A stretch of 64,000 nt of DNA from Entomortierella parvispora E1425 (lineage: Eukaryota > Fungi > Mortierellomycota). The stretch lies in the NCBI GenBank assembly GCA_020891255.1, contig BQFW01000006.1:1054001-1118000 (forward strand), in the 5' to 3' direction. This document shows positions 60,601-64,000 of this stretch, in pieces; positions within the stretch are counted from its first letter, which is position 1; every line of letters begins with the position of its first letter. The notes under the pieces are model-generated. The model was not told where the DNA came from, did not search any database, and saw only the letters and a program-made list of their open reading frames with translations. The position numbers and the translations under genes were made by a program.

Positions 60601-62302
60601 ATGGCACACAGCAGCGCATACAGCGCCATCGAGATTGACGACGACGAGGTACTGCTCGCTGATGAGGAGCCAATGCTTGGCAAAGATGACCAGGATGCCC
60701 CTCCATGCGGCCGCACGGCAACGAAGCTGTACAGGCTGACCGAGCCGAGAGACTGACTTGTCGGCATCCCTTTTGCTTGTCATTGCATAGATCAACAACG
60801 CCACCGAGCTTCAGTTTCAGAGTACGCGCCTTGGCAAATGAACCCTTGAACTCTTTTTTTTTATAGACAGACATTGGACGTGACAATTGCGGTCAACACA
60901 TTTCATCACTGGACACACATGCCCGTCCATGCATGCTTTCATCTAGAGGCACTCGACTCTGCTGATAGAGAAACACAGCTCGCACACAATGAACTCAACT
61001 TGACCGCCTTGGCAAAGACGATACATCTATCAGGGTCATTCGCCTGTTGCTGGAAATCGCGGGGAGAACCTCCCGAGCCCCTTTTCAGGACAAGGCGTGC
61101 CAGGGATATCCCAACTGGATGCCATTCCACTTACGCCCGCCTTATCAGCCTCCCCATGCTCATGGATATCTGGATCACCCCATCCTTCACAGTGAAGACA
61201 ACTGTGACAGGGATCGATCGTCCAAAAATGAGCCTTGGCAGGACTGTGCGACGGAGAGAGGACGAGCCGAGCCCCTGATTTGCATTCCTCGAGATGAACA
61301 GTGCTGAGCTGACTTTTCTTCTTTTTCTCCTTCAGATTTTACGTCCTCGGACACTGCTACTGCTGCTCCAACCGGAAACCTGTCAAGTTCTTCTGCAAGC
61401 ACACCACAGCCCCGACCAACTGGTATATATTCATCCCATACCGTCGTTACAGATACTATACCGTTACCCATTATGCTAACGTAGCCTTCACCCATAATAG
61501 GCTTTGGATCTTCTGGTATCTTCAATCCTGGCCGTGCCGCACAGGAGCAGGCTGTGAACAGGCCCATCTGGTCTATTGAGTACTATGCAAAGTTCTTTGA
61601 TGTGGACACAAACCAGGTAACATTGACCGTGGCATCCTTGGACAGAGCAACCACCTCGGTCTCTTAGTGTTCACATGGTGCTAATTCGACTTCTCTCCTT
61701 CAACGGAAATGTGTCTTTAGGTCTTGGAGAGATGCTTCGCCAGTGTGATCCCAAAGGACAACTTTCTTGAAGTCATGGGTGGCAGTCCCGACCTGTATGG
61801 ACCTTTCTGGATTGCGACAACTGTGATTTTCGTGCTCTTTGTCACCTCCTCCATCGTGGACTCGATCAACGCCTACTTGAACGGAACCACCTATTCTTAC
61901 AACATCTACCAAATGACCTTTGCGTTCGGTGCTATCTACACATACGCCTTTATTGTGCCATTGATGGTCTGGGGCGCCACCAAGTACTTTGGATGTCAAC
62001 CAGATCTTCTCGAGATGTTGTCCCTCTACGGCTACGCTTTGACGATCTGGATCCCTGTCTCTGTCCTGTCCGTGATCCCGATTGAGCTGGCTCGTTGGAT
62101 CCTCCTTGGAATCGGAGCAGGTCTCTCAGGCGTATTTTTGATCAGAAACATGTACCCAGTTCTGTCCAGAGCCGAGGCCCAGATAGCAAAGATCATCCTC
62201 ATTCTCGTCATCGCCTTCCACGGAGCATTGGCGCTTGTTCTCAAGTACAAATTCTTTGCCAACACCAGCACTATCGCTCCTCCAGCTGACCCTTCGACCT
62301 GA
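60601..62302 (+). CDS. Yip1-domain Golgi membrane protein, YIPF1/YIPF2-like (287 aa; exons 60601-60648, 60791-60821, 61336-61422, 61501-61616, 61721-62302)
   Basis: ELQFQNF, WSIEYYAKFFDVDTNQVLERC, PDLYGPFWIATT and LYGYALTIWIPVS; exons total 864 nt. Confidence 0.9.
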
Positions 62303-63258
62303 ATAACCACATATTAAATCATATGGATTGAGTGCATTACAGCGGTTACTGCTTGTTTTTTTTCGCCCATGTGTGCTCTATTGTTGTTTTATGTTGACTG
62401 TTACCAGTTCTGTCCAACCCGCAGCGCACGCAGGTTATATTGTCTACAGAGCAGGCACAAGCACGAGTGTGTATTACAAATCCGTGGGATGCAAGTGTGG
62501 ATGATGGGCGAGGAGGGGTGGGCCTAGGCAATGTCCCTCAAGGCTCTACTCGAGAGCCTGTGGAGAAAGTCCATAGGCGATTAGCCATTCTTTCGCCCCT
62601 CGTTCAGAAAAGCCGCGCGCTTCGTCCTCCTCTCTCCTCGCCACTTTGACGCAACAGAACAACAGAGTCTTCAGTCCAAAGCGACAACAATAATCCCCCG
62701 TTTCCGCCGAGAGTAAAAAGAAAAGTTTGTCTTTGCATGTTTTTTTCTTTACAAGCTCCCCTCCATACAAAAATGTCATGAATACGAGAGTGGGCGCGAA
62801 TATCCTGTGCGACAAACAAAAAGTTTGCGATCTTGTGGTCAGCGAACCAGAAGCGGACAGCGGCAGAAGAAGAGTCTACTCTGTCGTCCACCCTCTCAGC
62901 CTTTATTATGGTTTCTATTCAGTCATGGTAACAAAGTTACACCCTCACCCTCGCCCGATGCAGGCCAACGGTGGGAGGGCAAGGCGGTCAGTCAAATTCC
63001 CCCCCACATCATCCCATTTGACATGCGCGCCTTCCAACGGTCAACTTGCTTTGTTACTCATGATCAGCCCGCTCTTGCTCCACTCATCTGTCGCCACATC
63101 GTACCATCCGTGTCGGCGGATGTTTTCCGTATAAATGCCCGAGTCTTGAAGGTGGGCTCGATCGATTTTTCTTCTTTTTTTCCCCACACTTTCCACTTTT
63201 CCCTCTTTATTTCTCACGCGTCTTTCCTTCCGATTTCTCTCCACAAAACACACACACA

Positions 63259-63927
63259 ATGCGTTTCTCAATTGCTGCTACCCTCATCGCCGCCTCGGCT
63301 GTCGCACTCCTTTCCCAAGTCTCGGCCGCGTTGACGGAACAAGAAAAAGCAGATATCCGTGAAATGGACGGTGACAATGCCAACATGTGCCCACCATGTC
63401 TCCAAAAGGCCATGAACAACCACTTTCCTCATGCATGTGACAAGGACTTGGATACCGGCCGCGTTCGGCCCGAGGGCGCCACGGATAGCGAAGAACACTG
63501 CGTTTGCGTGGCCTTCATGGACTTGCACTGGATGAAGGCAGATTGCTCATTCGAGTGTCCGTATGTCTTCAACGAGAAGACCATGGGCTTCTTCTTGCAC
63601 TCTTCCAAGATTGAGGGATGTGACAAGTGGATCGATTTTGAGACAGGTCTGGAAAAGCAGGTCAAGGGTCATCTCACCAAGGATCCCAGCTACAAGCCCG
63701 AGGTCTACGAAATTGCACCAGAGCCACCCAAGGACGAAGCCATCGCGACTGAAGAAGAAGATGAGCGCCTCTACGATGTCACGGTCAGCATCACGACGGA
63801 GGAGAGCGACGCCAAGTTGAAGGCCGAGAAGGAGGAGAAGGAACGCCTAGAGCTCGAGAGTGGAATCAAGGTCGATCCTGTCGTCGCCAAAGAGGCCGAA
63901 GCCGAGAAGCCCAAGGACGAGCTGTAA
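63259..63927 (+). CDS. Predicted ER-lumenal Cys-rich protein with signal peptide and C-terminal KDEL (222 aa, intronless)
   Basis: Hydrophobic N-terminus MRFSIAATLIAASAVALLSQVSA, eight cysteines, acidic tail, ends PKDEL-stop; TATAAA at about 63129. Confidence 0.85.
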   Translation: MRFSIAATLIAASAVALLSQVSAALTEQEKADIREMDGDNANMCPPCLQKAMNNHFPHACDKDLDTGRVRPEGATDSEEHCVCVAFMDLHWMKADCSFECPYVFNEKTMGFFLHSSKIEGCDKWIDFETGLEKQVKGHLTKDPSYKPEVYEIAPEPPKDEAIATEEEDERLYDVTVSITTEESDAKLKAEKEEKERLELESGIKVDPVVAKEAEAEKPKDEL

Positions 63928-64000
63928 ATATCCCCCTCGCTGCCCTTTCCAAATAAATTAAAGAATGACCAAAAATGAAAAAAAAAAAAAAAGATCGCCA

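Overview
Intron-containing fungal genomic DNA, probably an early-diverging fungus of the Mucoromycota/Mortierellaceae type. This is inferred from eEF3, short GT-AG introns with CTAAC/CTGAC branch sites, and the gene repertoire. I resolve about 24 protein genes, one tRNA-Ala(AGC) and two decayed duplicates. Housekeeping genes: COQ8, RAMP4, glutaryl-CoA dehydrogenase, MET17, tropomyosin, eEF3, a VPS9 GEF, Ap4A phosphorylase and a YIP1 protein. I see no intact mobile element, CRISPR array, rRNA or clear biosynthetic cluster. The best second-look items are: (1) a tandem pair of C2-domain genes, one ending in a CBM5/12 chitin-binding module despite having no signal peptide; (2) a tropomyosin that splices to only 123 aa, with no cassette exon visible; (3) a Crypton-derived GCR1_C gene lacking the recombinase core and needing non-GT splice donors; (4) a TBL/PC-esterase-like protein that has lost both catalytic residues; (5) a tandem HOL-like thiol/halide methyltransferase duplication with a fossil GH5 fragment between the copies; (6) an ER-retained (KDEL) 8-Cys CFEM-like protein; (7) several GC-AG introns. 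Family assignments come from motif recognition by eye; no database searches were run.
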